A stretch of 64,000 nucleotides of DNA from Balamuthia mandrillaris (lineage: Eukaryota). The notes under the pieces are model-generated. The model did no database searches. It saw only the letters and a program-made list of their open reading frames with translations, and was not told the origin of the DNA. Every line of letters begins with the position of its first letter. Position 1 is the first letter of the stretch. The DNA lies in assembly GCA_031835245.2 (NCBI GenBank), contig JAVKOQ020000045.1:1-64000 (forward strand). Reading direction: 5' to 3'. Of this stretch, positions 37,347 through 50,950 are shown piece by piece. A program made the translations under genes and the position numbers.

Positions 37347-37579
37347 TCTTTCTTTTTTTTGTTTCTGTTTCAAGGGTGAGTTCCTTGCAATGAAGCCAAC
37401 TAAGTGTCGAGTTGACAACAGAACGTGAAGGATTTGTCCACGCGGTTCATCAAAATTTCGATGCAAACCGACACCAAAACGTGAAGCCTTTGTCCAGTGC
37501 AGGAGCACCACTGGAGACAAACACAACAAAAAAAGAAAAAGTAGTAGAGCAAGAAGAAAGGGGAGGAGGACAAAGAAAG

Positions 37580-38055
37580 ATGCTGCCTGCTATTTCTGAT
37601 GTGATTTTGTTTTGGTACGCTTGGGTGCTGCTGCCCCACAAAAAAACCTGTTGGAGACTACGTTGCATGGTGATCACTCATGTCCCTCGCTTCTTTTTTT
37701 TTTTTTCACAGCACTTTGATAATCAATGGAGCTGCTGTCCTGAACTTCAAGCTGTACGTATGCACAACTTAAAAACCAACCTGATGGATCCTCTTCTCTG
37801 ACCTGCTTTTTCTGTTTGGAATGTGTCTAGACCAGAGCCTGACCCTTTTGAAGAGGTCAACAAAGCAAGCATCAAATACAAGCTGAAAGAACTGCTTCGG
37901 AACCTACGAATCCTGCGGGTGTTTGTTGCTCTCTGGAACATGGTTGTGATTGCCCTCATGATTGTGTACGTATCACGTTGCTTTCTTCCTTCTTTGTTTT
38001 TTTCTGCCATTTCACTCATTCTTCTTTCGTTGTTTCTAGCATGTTTGGAGGATAA
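37580..38055 (+). CDS. SMIM7: Small integral membrane protein 7-like (4 exons)
   Basis: Spliced ISDVILFCTLIINGAAVLNFKL..LRNLRILRVFVALWNMVVIALMIVMFGG. Confidence 0.85.
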
Positions 38056-38459
38056 CACCAACGATGAGGCTCATCTTTTTTTTATTGCTCTTGGAGGCGT
38101 TTCAAAGACAGACTTCTTTGGATCAGCTTGGACAAGAGAGGATGATAGAGAACGAGAGAGGGAGAGAGAGAGAGAGAAGTGAACATATTTGTGGCATCCA
38201 TGCCATCTACCAAACTAAACAAAAACTGCTTGAACATGCACAAATCCCTGCAGCCCAACACCCCAAAGAAAGATCACAGAAGAAGAGATGTGAGAAGATG
38301 GGCTGCGCCAGCTCTTGCTTGCCGCTATTGCGCACCTCCCGCAGCAATAGAGCACCCTTCCAGCACATGCGCTGTAGCTTTGTCGACAATAATTTACAAA
38401 ACAAAAAGTAGCAGGAAGGCTGAAAAAAAGGCGGCGGGCCAACGACAAGAAACACAGGG

Positions 38460-38865
38460 ATGGTAGGCGGCGTTTTATGTTTGCGTGATTTTGCTTGGGG
38501 TTGGGCAGGACTCATGGGCACGACGTTTGTTTTTTTTTCTTCTTCTTCTTTTGTAGGCTCTCTTTTTAGCGATTGGGTTGGGTGTGGCCGGGGCTGCCCT
38601 GGCTGGACGGTTTGTTGCGCAACAGATTAAGAACAATGGCGGTAGATTGTTCCCAAAGCGAGGTAGTCTCACTTCTTTTTTATCTCATGCTCCTCTTCAG
38701 ATTGAAAACTGAGCACCATTCTGTTAAAAACAGCGCCCTCAGCGCCCGGAGGAATCTCGAAGAGAATGAGCTTCAAAAAATACTACGAAGGAGGATTTGA
38801 ACCGGAAATGACACGAGCAGAAGCTGCTCAAATTTTGAACGTCAGGTACTATACCAACATCCATT

Positions 38866-38901
<36 letters not shown>

Positions 38902-39102
38902 TTGATTTGTTTCCTTTGTAAACTCTGTCGCCCTAACGTTATTTTTTGGAATAATTGCAGAGTAAGCGCCTCCAAAGATAAGATCAAGCAAGCACACAGA
39001 CGGATAATGTTGGCCAACCATCCTGACAACGGTGGCTCTGATTACATGGCCTCCAAAGTGAACGAAGCCAAGGACCTTCTTATGAAGGACCTTGGTGAAT
39101 GA
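38460..39102 (+). CDS. PAM18: Mitochondrial import motor J-protein TIM14/PAM18
   Basis: [49 protein letters not shown]; start exon approximate. Confidence 0.92.
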
Positions 39103-39297
39103 ATCCAAGGCCCTTTTGTTTTTTGCTCTATCTTCTTTCTTTCCTATTCTTATTTATCCACGAACTTATCTGTTGTTCCTGTAGAGGTCTTTTTGCATCA
39201 TAAACACTTGCGTGGTGGTGACGTCTTTGCTGTTACAACGTTCTTCTTATTCTGTGTTCTCTTCTTCGTCCTCTCTTCTTTCTCATCGATACGTGGG

Positions 39298-41699
39298 TCA
39301 GGCACGAGCGGAGGGGGGCGTGGGGGAAGAAGCGAGGCGCAAGAAGGATAGCCGCATGTCGTCGAAAGAAGAGAGAGAAGGCGGCATGCAGTTGTTTCGT
39401 TGTTGCAACAAAACGCGGAGCCGTTGGCACTCCTCTTTGGGAAGCATCAACTTTCTCAACTTTGCTTTTTGTTGTATCCACTTTTGCAAATGCCTTTATG
39501 TGTTTTAGGAGAGCAAGTTAAAAAAACGAACAAAGGGGACGCAAAATCAAGAAGAAATACCGTTGAGTAGAGGAAGGGTCTTGCAGGCAATCAAAGTAAC
39601 GCAGCTTTAGAACTGGGCACAATCCTCTTTCTATTTTTGTTGTTAAACAGACAGAATATGAGAGGAGGAGAGGAGAAAGGGAGAGAGAGAGCACCCCAAA
39701 GAGAACCATCGTTGATGTAGATGCTTGAGTCCCAGTTCTGAAGGATCAAGAGCAAGTGGAGACGGTCTTGCTGGGAAGACTCGTCAGAGCTACAAACAAC
39801 GTAACGAAAGCAAGTGTGAGTGCATGCTGAGTCCAGCAGAAAATATGAGCAAAAGGTCTCCAAGCAATCCTCTCTTTTTGAATTGTGTTAGTTTGTTTTG
39901 GTTTTGAACAAAAGAGAAGATCATTTACCTGAAAATGTTACTGGTGCTCTCGCCCCGTTGAGCAGTAGAAATGGCGTGCTTAAAAAGACGAACGCCACCA
40001 GCCTGACTGGAATACGTTGTTGTGGTACCAGATGCTTCAGTGGCGCTACCCTTGTAGGCTTGTGCCATTTCCAAAAGACCCAAAGGTAGTTGACACTCCT
40101 TGCAATGGGCATACTGCCACTCCGATTCACTGCCCTCCGTGGTTATTCCCTGTAAACAGTGAGAAGAGAAAACAACAAAAATTAAACGGGAGGAGAAGGG
40201 AGAGAGAGGGAGAGAGAGAGAGAACGTACAAGGACAGCTCTGAAAGATGGATGAGAAAGAACGTTGAGTTGAGAGGAATGCAACAGCAGAAATGCATCGG
40301 ATACGAAACAAACGTAGGGAAGGGCCTTTATCTCTCCTCGTGGAAATTGCACAAAGGCACAACAATTGCCACAAGACCACTCGTCAGAGAGTTCAACCCA
40401 ATGCAGCGAAGGTAGGGAGAACACTTTCTCTATAATGGCACCGTTTCTTCCTTCCTCGCCGTGAGGAACATCGTCTCCTTCCCCTACTGATTGTGTGGCT
40501 TCGTGGCCAACGGCAGCCGCAAGCAAAGAAGGAGAAGGAGAAAAAATGGGACGTGAGCAAGAGTGGTGGCCGTGGTGACCGTCTTGTGGGTGGGTATGAC
40601 TGTGATGATGTTGCTGAAGATGGGGCAGAGGTGAAGAGGTGTGTTCAGAAGAGCAAGGAGATGATGGCTGAGAAGTTTCTGTAGCTTCTGTGGATGAAGA
40701 AAAAGAAGACGGAGGGGATTGCCGTGCAAAGAGAGAACATCCGCAGAAACGGCAGTAGAGAGCAGAGAGTTGAGTGGGAGTGGGCAACGGGGCCACAGAC
40801 CGCTGCTCTTGTGCGCGTGGATGGACGATGTGCTGCTCTTCAACAGGAAGAGAGACGATGGGCAGTTTCAACGACAGACAGTCGCTCAACTGTTGAACGG
40901 TGGCCTGATCAGGCTTCACCACTGCCCCTTGCAGCTCTATCCGATGGAGTGGCTGTTGTTCCTCTTTTGTTTTGGTTTGTGGTGCAGAATAGAGGAGAAC
41001 CGCATCAGCAGTTACTTCTGCCCTCATATTCCGCATTGGCGAAGGTGCTTTGTTTTTGGGTGAAGAGGAAGAGGAGGCGGGGGATGTCACCGGTGGCCGC
41101 ACCACCAAGTGGAAACACTGCAAGTTGTGCATCAGCTCCAACAAATAGGGAGGAGCTGCAGAGGATTGCTCCGTATCTTTCGCATGGATCGTAGGTTCTG
41201 TGGGGTTTGAGGCATTTGTCCTCGCAATGTTGGCGTTGCTCTCGTTGGTGTTGGTGGTGTTGCTGTTGTTGGCGTTTTTACAGCACAGCTGGCGGTGCCG
41301 ACGCACCCAGTCCTCGTTTTGGCAGCGTCGGCAGCAGTAGGGCACTATCCGGCCCTGCGCCCGGCACCAGGAGCACAGCTTGAAGCGCTCTCCGCCCTCT
41401 GCCACCACCTCCGCCTCTCTCTTTCGACAGGCAGGGTTGGAGCACTCCCTGCGCGCTGCATGAGAGAGCTCCCCGGCTCGCAAGCCAAGCTTGGAGAGGT
41501 CGTAGCACAACCCTTTTGTGGTTGTGGTTGTGCTCCTGCTGCCGTTGCCTTGTTGTTGGTGATCCTCTTCGGAGCGGCCGCCAACCAGAGGAAGCGTGGC
41601 CGCAAGGCGATAGTTTTCCCAAGCAAAGGATTTCTTTCGATGCAGAAAGGCCTCGTCCTCGAAGGGTTTCTCTCCCTTGTGCTTCTGCGCTTCGTTCAT
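39298..41699 (-). CDS. MYND zinc finger plus UBE3D/Ipa1-like (HECT_2) protein (multi-exon)
   Basis: CSNPAC..CSWC..YCCRRCQNEDWVRRHRQLC; LYCRFC, LPSLHWVELSDEWSC, CKECQLPLG, VLKLRY, NNCMPPSL. Confidence 0.75.
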
Positions 41700-41827
41700 C
41701 TTTTTTTGTGCCTAAGGTACCATGTCGTCACGAATTACGAAAAGCTCCTGAATTTCAAGTCGTCATGACTTATTTTTATATATATATTTTTCGTAGACAA
41801 AAGAACAGAGACAAAGAGAGAGAAGAG

Positions 41828-43244
41828 ATGTTGGGAGAAGAGGAGTTCGAGGTGGTGGACGGAGGGCTTGGGCAGGACGGCTCCTCCATGTATGATGGGG
41901 GCATGGGGAGCTTCCATGGAAGGCGGGGTTGGGGTGGGGGCGAGGAGGACGACCGGTGGGACCACCTGGAGACCGGGATGGAGAGAGAGAAAGAGCGGCG
42001 AGAGGCTGAAGGGGAGGCAGAGGGAGAGGAGCCAGACGACAGGCTGGTGCTCGTGACTGGAGCTACGGGGCTCATAGGGAATGCTGTGGCAAGACAGCTG
42101 CTTGCAAGGGGTAGGAAAGTTCGGGCCATGGTCAGGGATGTACAGAGAGCAAGGCAATGCCTGCCCATGGCCTGCGAAGTGGTGCGAGGCTCTCTTGGCA
42201 GCCGAGAAGCCATCGAACGTGCCATGGAAGACTGCTCCATCGTCTACCATTGTGCAGGTTTGTTTGTTTGTTTTTCCTTTCGAAAACACCAAAGTCTCTT
42301 GCTTCTTTTCGAAAACGAAAGACCCCTTGCGCTTTCCTTCATGTCCATTCGTCACCCTCCCTAACCTTCCGATGGCAGGCCTGCCTGAGCAGTGGTCGGT
42401 GGAGGCGAGCAACTACCACAACGCGAATGTGCAGGGCACTAAGAACGTGGTGGACGTGGCGGTGGCTCTGGACGTCCAGAAGCTGGTCTACACGTCCACC
42501 GTGCAGGTGTTTGCCCACCAGCCAGGGGTCTCCTTCACCGAGGCGGCCCCGCTCGGCTACCCTGATGCCAACAGGAGCACGGCTACGCCCTACGAGCGCT
42601 CCATGATGGAAGCGGAGCGCATCGTCCTGAGGGCCATCAAGGAGAGGGACCTCCCTGCGGTGATCCTCTACTGCGCCCCCGTCTATGGCCCAGGGCCGGC
42701 CTCCTCTCCTGGCCTCAACGACTACATTCTTCGCCTGTCCCGTGGCGAACTCTCCTCCACGGCTTCCCCTGGCACGGGAGGGGGGCTACCGTTGTTGTAC
42801 AGCGAGGACTGCGCGCGAGGGCACATCCTTGCGGAGCGCAAAGCCACCATCGGTGGGCGCTACATCCTCAGCGACAGCTACTACACGCTGGAGGACATCG
42901 CCAGCTACGTCCGTGGCATTTGCCCTTCCTTTGGGTCCTCCAACGGCTACCACCATCACCACAGCAATGGCTTTGGCGCCAGTAGTGGCAGCGGGGGCGG
43001 TGGGCTGTTGAACCAGTGGGTGGCTCAGACGGTGTCCGCAGCACAAGAGGCGTGGGCCACCATGACCAACGGCAAGAACGCGGTGGGGGTAGCCCCCTTC
43101 CCTTCAGCCATGCTGCGGTACGCAGCCAGTCACGCTTTGCCCTCGGCAGAGAAGGCAGGGAGCGAGCTGGAAGGGTGGAGGCCGTTGACTCCCTTGTTTG
43201 AAGGGCTTCATGACACCATCCTGTACAGCCGGTCCATGATGTGA
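41828..43244 (+). CDS. NAD-dependent epimerase/dehydratase (extended SDR, DFR/HpnA-like), 2 exons
   Basis: VLVTGATGLIG, YHCAG, NVQGTKNV, LVYTST, YERSM (Lys of YxxxK replaced), VYGPG. Confidence 0.9.
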
Positions 43245-44409
43245 TCAGTGGGAATGCAAGGGGGTGAAGAGGAAAGCGAGACTGTTGTGCTTGAAAGTTT
43301 TGTTTATTTTTGTGTGCATAAAAAAAACAAATGTAGAAAAACCACCAAAGAACACCAAAGGAGTAAGTACCCTGCAAGGATGGAAAAGAATGAGAAACAA
43401 TAAGACCAAAAAAAATAAATAAAGGAAAAACAAGCTAATTGGGGCTGAGTGTCAGCATGAAAAAAAGAAATCTTCAACTGCTGCGATCATGTAAAGACTA
43501 CAGTGAACGCAGGTTCAGATTCGTCATCTAATAAAATAATAAAACATCATACAAAAAGCCAAATAGAAAAAAAAAAGGGGGCGCGTGACCGGCCCACATA
43601 CCTAATCAAAGTAATCACTCCGACAGGCGAAACCACAAGATAATCAAAAATACCTACAGTGATACCAGGAGTGAGAAAATCAAAAATATGAAATACAAAA
43701 ATATGAAATAAAAACAGTAGTGCGGGAAGGTCAGGTAAAAATGGCTTGATAAATAACAAGAGAGGTAGTAATCACAGTCGATATTATGGGGAAAAAAGAA
43801 TATTCTTTTTTCGAATTCATCACTCTCCTCCCCGCAAACAAAGGACAAGACAGCAATCAACCAAAAAAAACTTGTGGCCGTACCTTGGGGCGAAGATTTC
43901 AGGTGTGTTGTTGTCAGTGTGTTTAAAAAAAAAGAAAAGAAAACAGGCAAAGTCTGCGGTAAAAAGTAGCGCAGAGCGAGGGAGAGGGTTCTGAAGGTGA
44001 GAAACTGGTAAGAATGCTTCCAACCGCTAACCCTAACCCAGAATTTTTATGACCAAGACGACACGAATTCAAAACCTTCCGGTGGTGAGTGTATTGTCCC
44101 GCGGAGACACAAAAATTATAATTATTTTGTTTGTCGTTTTCGTCTTCTCCTTTCTCTCTTCTCTGCTCGGTGCACCGGTGGTGGGACTCTATCGTTTGTC
44201 TGTAGCAAGGACCCGGAAAGGGAAGGGGAGTTTTGGGGAGTTACCACAGGGCAAAGAAAAGATGCACAGATTACCAAGGACAGAGGGGGTAGGGTTTCAC
44301 TCTCCCTATTCTTTTCCTTCTCTCTTTCTCTCAGAGATGAAAGGAAGAAAAAAAAAGCAGTTTCCTCCATAACGTCGTTACTGAAACGTTTGCCTCTCTC
44401 TTTTCCAGA

Positions 44410-47400
44410 GCGTGGACCGGTTCTTTGAAGGAAAGAACGTTTTCCTGACAGGATGCACCGGCTTCCTCGGCAAGATCGTTTTGGAAAAGCTGGTACGAGC
44501 ACTGCCCGGCATCAAGCGCGTGTTCGTCCTCATACGACCGAAGAAAGACAGCACCCCTGAACAACGGCTCCACTCTGAAGTGCTGCAGTCGCCTTTGTTC
44601 GGACCCTTGCGGGACCTCCTTGGGGAGGACTGGGACAGTTTCATCAGCAAAGTGGTGGCAGTGAAAGGAGACATCCTAGAAGAGGAGTTGGGCATGGACC
44701 CCCACATGATACAGCGGGTGCAGGAGGAAGTGACGGTGTTCATCCACTGCGCGGCCACCATCAGCTTCGACGAGCCGTTGCTGGACGCCATCAACCAAAA
44801 CGTCATCGGAACACTGCGCGTGTTGAAGCTCGCCAAGAGCTGCCGACGCGTGGACGTCTTCAACCACGTCTCCACGGCCTATGTCAACAGCGACCGGTCG
44901 GGCTTCATAGAGGAGAAGATCTATCCGCTGCCCTTTGACCCGGAGCAAATGGTGGAAAACATCCTGAGCCTGTCTCCACAACAGGCCGAGAAGCAAACCA
45001 AGAAGCTGCTGGGCCGTCATCCCAATACCTATACCTTCACCAAGAGTCTCTGCGAGAACATCCTCCGCAACAAGCGCGGCAACATCCCTTTCGTCATATG
45101 CCGTCCCTCCATCATAACAGGCAGCTACAAGGACCCCATTCCGGGATGGATCGACACATTCGCAGCGGCCGGTGGCCTCTACGCTGCCTGCGGCTTCGGA
45201 CTCCTCCGCTTCTTGCCCGGTAACTACGAGAACGTGACGGATCAGGTGCCCGCCGACTTTGTGTCCAACTGCATCCTAGTGAGCTGCGCTCTTTGTGCCA
45301 ACAAGAACAAGCTTTCCATCTTCCACGTAGGCACAAGCCATCGGCAACCGCTGCGCTGGTCCACCGTGAAGAAGAACTTACTGCCATACTACCTCATGAA
45401 CCCGCCTAAGCGCAGCATGGGCAAACCCAGCTTCCAGTTCATCACGGGACCGTACCCCATGTATGAGATGCACTATCTCTTCCGGTGGATTCTGCCTGTT
45501 ACCCTCTACTCTGCCTTTGCCAAGACCGTCGGTCATCCGACCCACCTCAAGCAGGCCAAGCTCCTTCAACGCCTGGAGCGTAGGCTCTCCAGATTCACGG
45601 AGACCTTTCGCCACTTTGTGGAGAACGAGTGGGTGTTTGCCGTCAACAACTCAGACCAGCTGCTGGCCCAGATGACTCCCGCTGAGAAGGCTCACTACGA
45701 CTTTGACTCCGCGAAGCTGGACTGGACCGACTATCTCCTGAAGTACTGCTACGGCCTGCGAACCTTTACCATGAAAGAAAAAGGCTTGAAGCCACCCACC
45801 TCCGCTGACTACGTCTACACACTTCCCCTCCAGCTCCACCGGAGGCCCTTCTCCGACCTCACTTTCGCCTTCAAGAATCAACTGGTCATCAACAACAGGA
45901 ACGTACGCAGAACAGGGGAAGAGCTCAAGACTATCGTATTTCATTCCAAGCGAGTACAAGAGGCCATCCTTAAGGAATCCCTTGACACCAAGAAGCCCTT
46001 GGAGAAGGTCCAGAGCCGAGCGCGAGAGATCTTGGACACTATGGGGGCGGAGGCGTCTCCTGCCATCATGCGCAGCTTAGGATGGGCCTTCAGAAAGATT
46101 TACCGCAGGCTATATTCAGGAGTGGTCATCAATGAGATTGGAATGGAGGGAGCTAAGAAGCTCTTTGCACAGAAGGGGCCTATGGTTTTGATTCCCACGC
46201 ATCGTAGTTACATCGACTTTTTGATTGTGTCCTACCTGTTTTACTCCTTTGATCTTCCGGTGCCCCACATTGCTGCTGGTGATGACTTTTTGAATGTTAC
46301 TATCGTCAACTGGCTATTCCGTCACTCTGGTATGCACACTTATTGTGTCCTCTCCTTTCTTCTTTTATTTTAAAAAGGCTCATATCGGTCGATTTTAGGT
46401 GCATTCTTTATGCGAAGGACGTTTGGAGGGGACGAACTCTACAGAGCTATCTTTACCGCCTATACCCAACGGTTGTTATTGGATGGTTTTCCCATCGAGT
46501 TCTTTATTGAAGGCACCCGTAGCCGGAGTGGCAAGATGCTTCAACCAAAACTTGGCCTTCTCTCTATCATCACTGACACCTTCTTTGATGGTGTCGCTCA
46601 CACTTCGCCCCAATCTCCTGGTAACAAGAAAGGAACGAGAAACATGGTTGAAGACCAAGGCCCCGAAGTGCTTACCGACATACACTTCATCCCCATCTCC
46701 ATTAGTTACGAGAAAGTGGTAGAGGAACATGCCCACGTAAAAGAAATGATGGGAGAAGGAAAGAAGAAGCCCACCCTATCGGGCTTGCTTGCTGCTGCTC
46801 GCTGGGTACTAACTGCCGATTTCGGTAGGATCAACGTTCAGTTCGGCACCCCCATTTCTCTGGAGCAGTTCTCTCGCGACTTCTTGACGGCCCCACAGCC
46901 TGCTGACCTTTCTCAAAACTCGCTCTTGTCTTCAACCACCTCCTCTGCCCTTACAACCTACATACCCTCATCCTCTTCCTCCGGAGCGTTTACCCCACCA
47001 GTACCTCCCTCTCTCTACCGTTCTTTCACGGCTCGTGCTGTGGCTCAAAAAGGAGCGGTGGATCAAGTGGTCAAACAGACAGAAAAGAGGAACGAAGAGA
47101 TCGTGAAGGAAGCTAACAGAGGAAGCAACGTGTTGGTTGGCGTCAGAGCAGAACACCAGCTCACAGCAGAGGTTAGGAGGAAGATTGTGTTGGAGCTGGC
47201 GTACAAGGTGTGCCGCGAGCTTAACAAAAACAATGTTTGCATGTCCACTGGCATCATCGCCGCCTTGATTTTGGCCCATCGTAATGGTATCAGTCTCGAT
47301 GAGCTAACCGAACGGTATCCTCTTCCTCTCTCATTTGTTTTTCCTTCTGTTCTTGTATCGATCTAACTGTATAACTATATTCAGTTATGATTGGCTGAGA

Positions 47401-48172
47401 AACGTAATTCAAGAACAAGGCGGTTGGGTGGATCCTGTCTTCCATCCTACTAACTTTGTGGTGCAACGTGCTCTCAAATTACTTAGCCCCCTTGTCCAAC
47501 AAAGAAACGAGAGAGTTGAAGCCTCCACCCCTACCTTCGAGGCACAACGGCACTGGATTCATTTGGGTTAGTCTTCTTTTGCCCATCTTTGCTACTCACC
47601 AATCCTTTTATTAACACCTTTCTCCCTCATTATATTTGGTAACCAGGATTCTATCGTAACCAGCTATTACACTTATTTAAGGATGAAGGAGTGGTATGTT
47701 TGGCATTGGCTAGTTTTGGCAACGAGCAAACCATGACCAACGTCGATGAAGGCGGCAAATTCGAGAATCCACCTGGCGTTAGCCTCAACGACTTGATGCA
47801 CAGCATCGAACGCTTGCATCAGCTCTTCCAATTTGAATTCATCCCGAATGAAGTTCAGGTATGTTCTCTTTTGTTTAATCTTGTCATTTGGTAGTGCATA
47901 AAACTTATGAAATGCAAAACAAAAAAATAAATAGGATTATTTATCAGTCATATCAGCATTGAATGAGAAGAAAGTTTTAACCATCCAAAAAGAGAAAGGA
48001 GAGGAGGCAGATGAGAGCAAGTGGAGGATATTTGTGCCACCCAGTGGAGAGCATCATTATTCTTTCATTTGTTCCCTGTTCTGGCCTTTTGTGGACAGCT
48101 ACTGGCTGTTCTCTCTCAGTCTGTTCTCAGCTTTGCCCGACCGAACGTTGGCCGAAGAGCAGCTCATTGGTA

Positions 48173-48205
<33 letters not shown>

Positions 48206-48577
48206 CCTTCCTCTCTCCTCCCTTCCTCCTTTCAATGGACATTCTAACCAACACAATCTTCAGAGAGAGCACAGTGGTTCGGTGACCGCCTTTACAAGGA
48301 TGGGACGCTGCATTTCTTCGAGAGCAACAACAAGGAGGTGCTGAAGAATGCAGTATACGTGTTCCAGGAGTGGAAGGTCATAGAAAGAGCAGGAGCGCGG
48401 GCTGGCAGCCATCCTTCTCTTATGGTCCGCCTCGCGCCGCAGTATCGCAGCGAAAAGAAGCTGGAGGAGCTTTCCGAGTTGCTGTTCAAGTACAGGAAGC
48501 GCAGCAGCCTGAGCGGCGGCGTTACCGGCTTCCGAAGGAAGATGATAACCGAGTTTCCCGTTCTGGCCAGGTTTTGA
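44410..48577 (+). CDS. Fatty acyl-CoA reductase-DHAP acyltransferase fusion (FARAT); start exon not located
   Basis: FAR motifs TGCTGFLGK, HVSTAYV, NTYTFTK, RPSII, PAD and acyltransferase motifs PTHRSYIDF, GAFFMRR, FFIEGTRSRSGK; FAR and HxxxxD lie in one exon; ends ARF*. Confidence 0.93.
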
Positions 48578-48792
48578 TCTTCATCACCACCTTTTCCTCC
48601 CCTCTTTTTTTATCCCCTCCCCTCCTTCCGCAAGAGTTTCTGTTATTAAAAGACAAGACGACACGATAGTACGGCTAATATAGGCTCTTCTCCCCTTATT
48701 TGTCGCTGTGTGCGTCTTTTGGGTTGGTTTGTTGTTTTTTTGACGAAGGGGGCACCAAGAAGGCGGTGTTGGAGGCGAGAAGATAGAAGAGG

Positions 48793-50861
48793 ATGTCGCA
48801 TGTTGATAAGAAGAGGGCTTCTCAATCTGTTGGATTCCGTCTCTCGGCGGAAGTTAGGCTGGAAGACCTCGCCAAAACGTCATCTTCAAACGATCAGCAG
48901 CCAGACAAGGATCACACCACGGGCGAGAGAAAGAAGAGCAGCAGACACCACCACACCAGCGGACGGTCCGTTAAAGGTTCTGAGGATGGAGTCGGTGAGA
49001 AGTCAAGTACTTCTTCTGCTTCACGTTCCAGCAGAACTTCGGACGATGGAGTGGAGAGGCCAGGTTCTTCTTCGCGTTCGCACAAAAGCGCTGATGACGG
49101 AGGAGGTGAGAGGCCTCATCCTTCCACCTCAATAAGTGAACCTAGCGCTGCGGAACGATCAGGAGAAGGACATCGCAGCAGAAGGAGCCATAAACGAACG
49201 GCCTCAAGCTCCCACACTTCCTCCTCCCAACTCTCGAAAGATAGGAGCAGACGGGACCGAGACAAAGATAAAGAAAAAGACAAAGAGAGAGATGGGCACG
49301 ACAGCCGAAGAAAGGACAGAGGCAAGGACAGCTCCCAGAGACGCGAGGACGGAGAGAGCAAAGGAGAACAGAGGAAATCATCGCGCGACAAGTCCGACCG
49401 CAAAAGCTTGGCTGCAGCTCTCCCTCTGGGAGCAGTGTTGGAAGAAAACGAAAAGAGCCTCTCCTCTGGCTCCTCTCAGTCAGCCAGCTCCCCAAGAAAA
49501 CACAGATACGGAAGCCAACGGGACAGGGGACAATCGGTGGGCTCTACCACTCCCCGCAAGGAGCGGCCCTCTGCCATGTCTTTGTTTGGAGACATCACCA
49601 AACAGGACCAGGCCAAGGTGGAGGAGCTTTCAGCTTCTGGATCGCCCAAAGCAGGCGGCTCTACATCATCCACCACGCGAACAACTCCTCGTCTCAGTTC
49701 TCGCGGGAGCAGCAGCGCCGATCTTCTGGCCGAAAACAGCGACAAGAGTCCCAAGACCTCGCCAAAAACATCAGCAACAGCAGCAACTCAAGAGTCAGTC
49801 GAGTCGCCGTTGCTCTCCCGACTGAAGAGGACTCGTTCACAGTCAGCATTGATTGGAGAAAAGATGCGCTCCCTTCGTTTCCATCGAAAGAAAACCGATC
49901 CCGCTTCGGCCACCGCGACCGCCCCAACCGCTTCTTCGCCTCCCACTCCTCAAAGAGAGGCCTCCAGCGAATTGTCCTCTCCCGTGGCCCCTTCACGACC
50001 ACCAATGGCAAGAACAGGCTCCAGCCTCTCCTTGAAGCGGGGTGGCACCCTGCGAGGAAAGGACCTTTTCGCTGGAGGTAGCGAGAAGGGCATCACAGAA
50101 GAGAAGGTGCCGGTGCGTGCGGCCACGCTTCGGCGAAGCAGGTCCACATTTGGCACGACATCTCTTTTGACCATTGACAAAGAGGAGAGCCGACGTTCCT
50201 TCGTCATTCACGAGAGCAGCTCCTCGCCCAAGACGACGGAGCCCGAAGAGAAGCCCCCGCAAAGCAGCTCTTCAGAGTCTGGCATGAAAGGAGGAACGCC
50301 TGCGGCTCTGCCATCCTCGTCGTCAGCAGCGACGCTCAAACAAACCAGCTCTGAAGACCTTCAAAAGTCACTGGCAGAGGTGGCTTCCTCCCCCACCCAC
50401 CCCAAAGAGGAAGTTAGGGACCTGGCCTTCCTGCAATCCCAGTACTGTCCTTCCCTCCCCCTCTCTCCTCTCGTTCATCGCGCTCATTCTTCCATCCAAC
50501 ATTCTCTTCAGCTCTCCAAGTGAATTGTGTGCTCTGCTCCAAAACCTGTTGGACGGATGGCAGGGCAGAGAAGCCAGTTTATCAGGGAAGGAACAACAAG
50601 ATATCTGTTCAGCCATTCAGGAATGCATGGTCACCCTCAAACAAGCCACCCTCTCCCTTCAAGCATGTTAACAGCAGGCGAAAGGGGGAGCTCCCCCTTG
50701 CCTCCAGCATTTATGTATTATGTGAACAAAAAAATGAACAGCAAAAAGAAGGAATAGAAAACGACACCAAATTGAGCAGTGCACCACCCACCACAGAACA
50801 ACAAAACGAGCAGAGAAGAAGTAGCAAAGAAGTAGCAGAGGCAGTAGAAGGCCAGAGGTAG
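48793..50861 (+). CDS. Ser/Arg-rich disordered hypothetical protein
   Basis: 576-aa ORF with coding-like composition; probable short downstream exons; 3' end uncertain. Confidence 0.65.
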
Positions 50862-50950
50862 TGGAAGGGATCGACAAGGAGCAAACCCTCTGGAGAGAAA
50901 AGGCCTGGTTTGGCTTTTTAGCCCTGTTCTCTCTCTTTTCATCACGCAGG

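Noticed and set aside
44027..44039. Telomerase RNA template CTAACCCTAAC
   Set aside because: Sits between a GTAAG donor and a CAG acceptor and fits an intron branch point; no supporting structure seen
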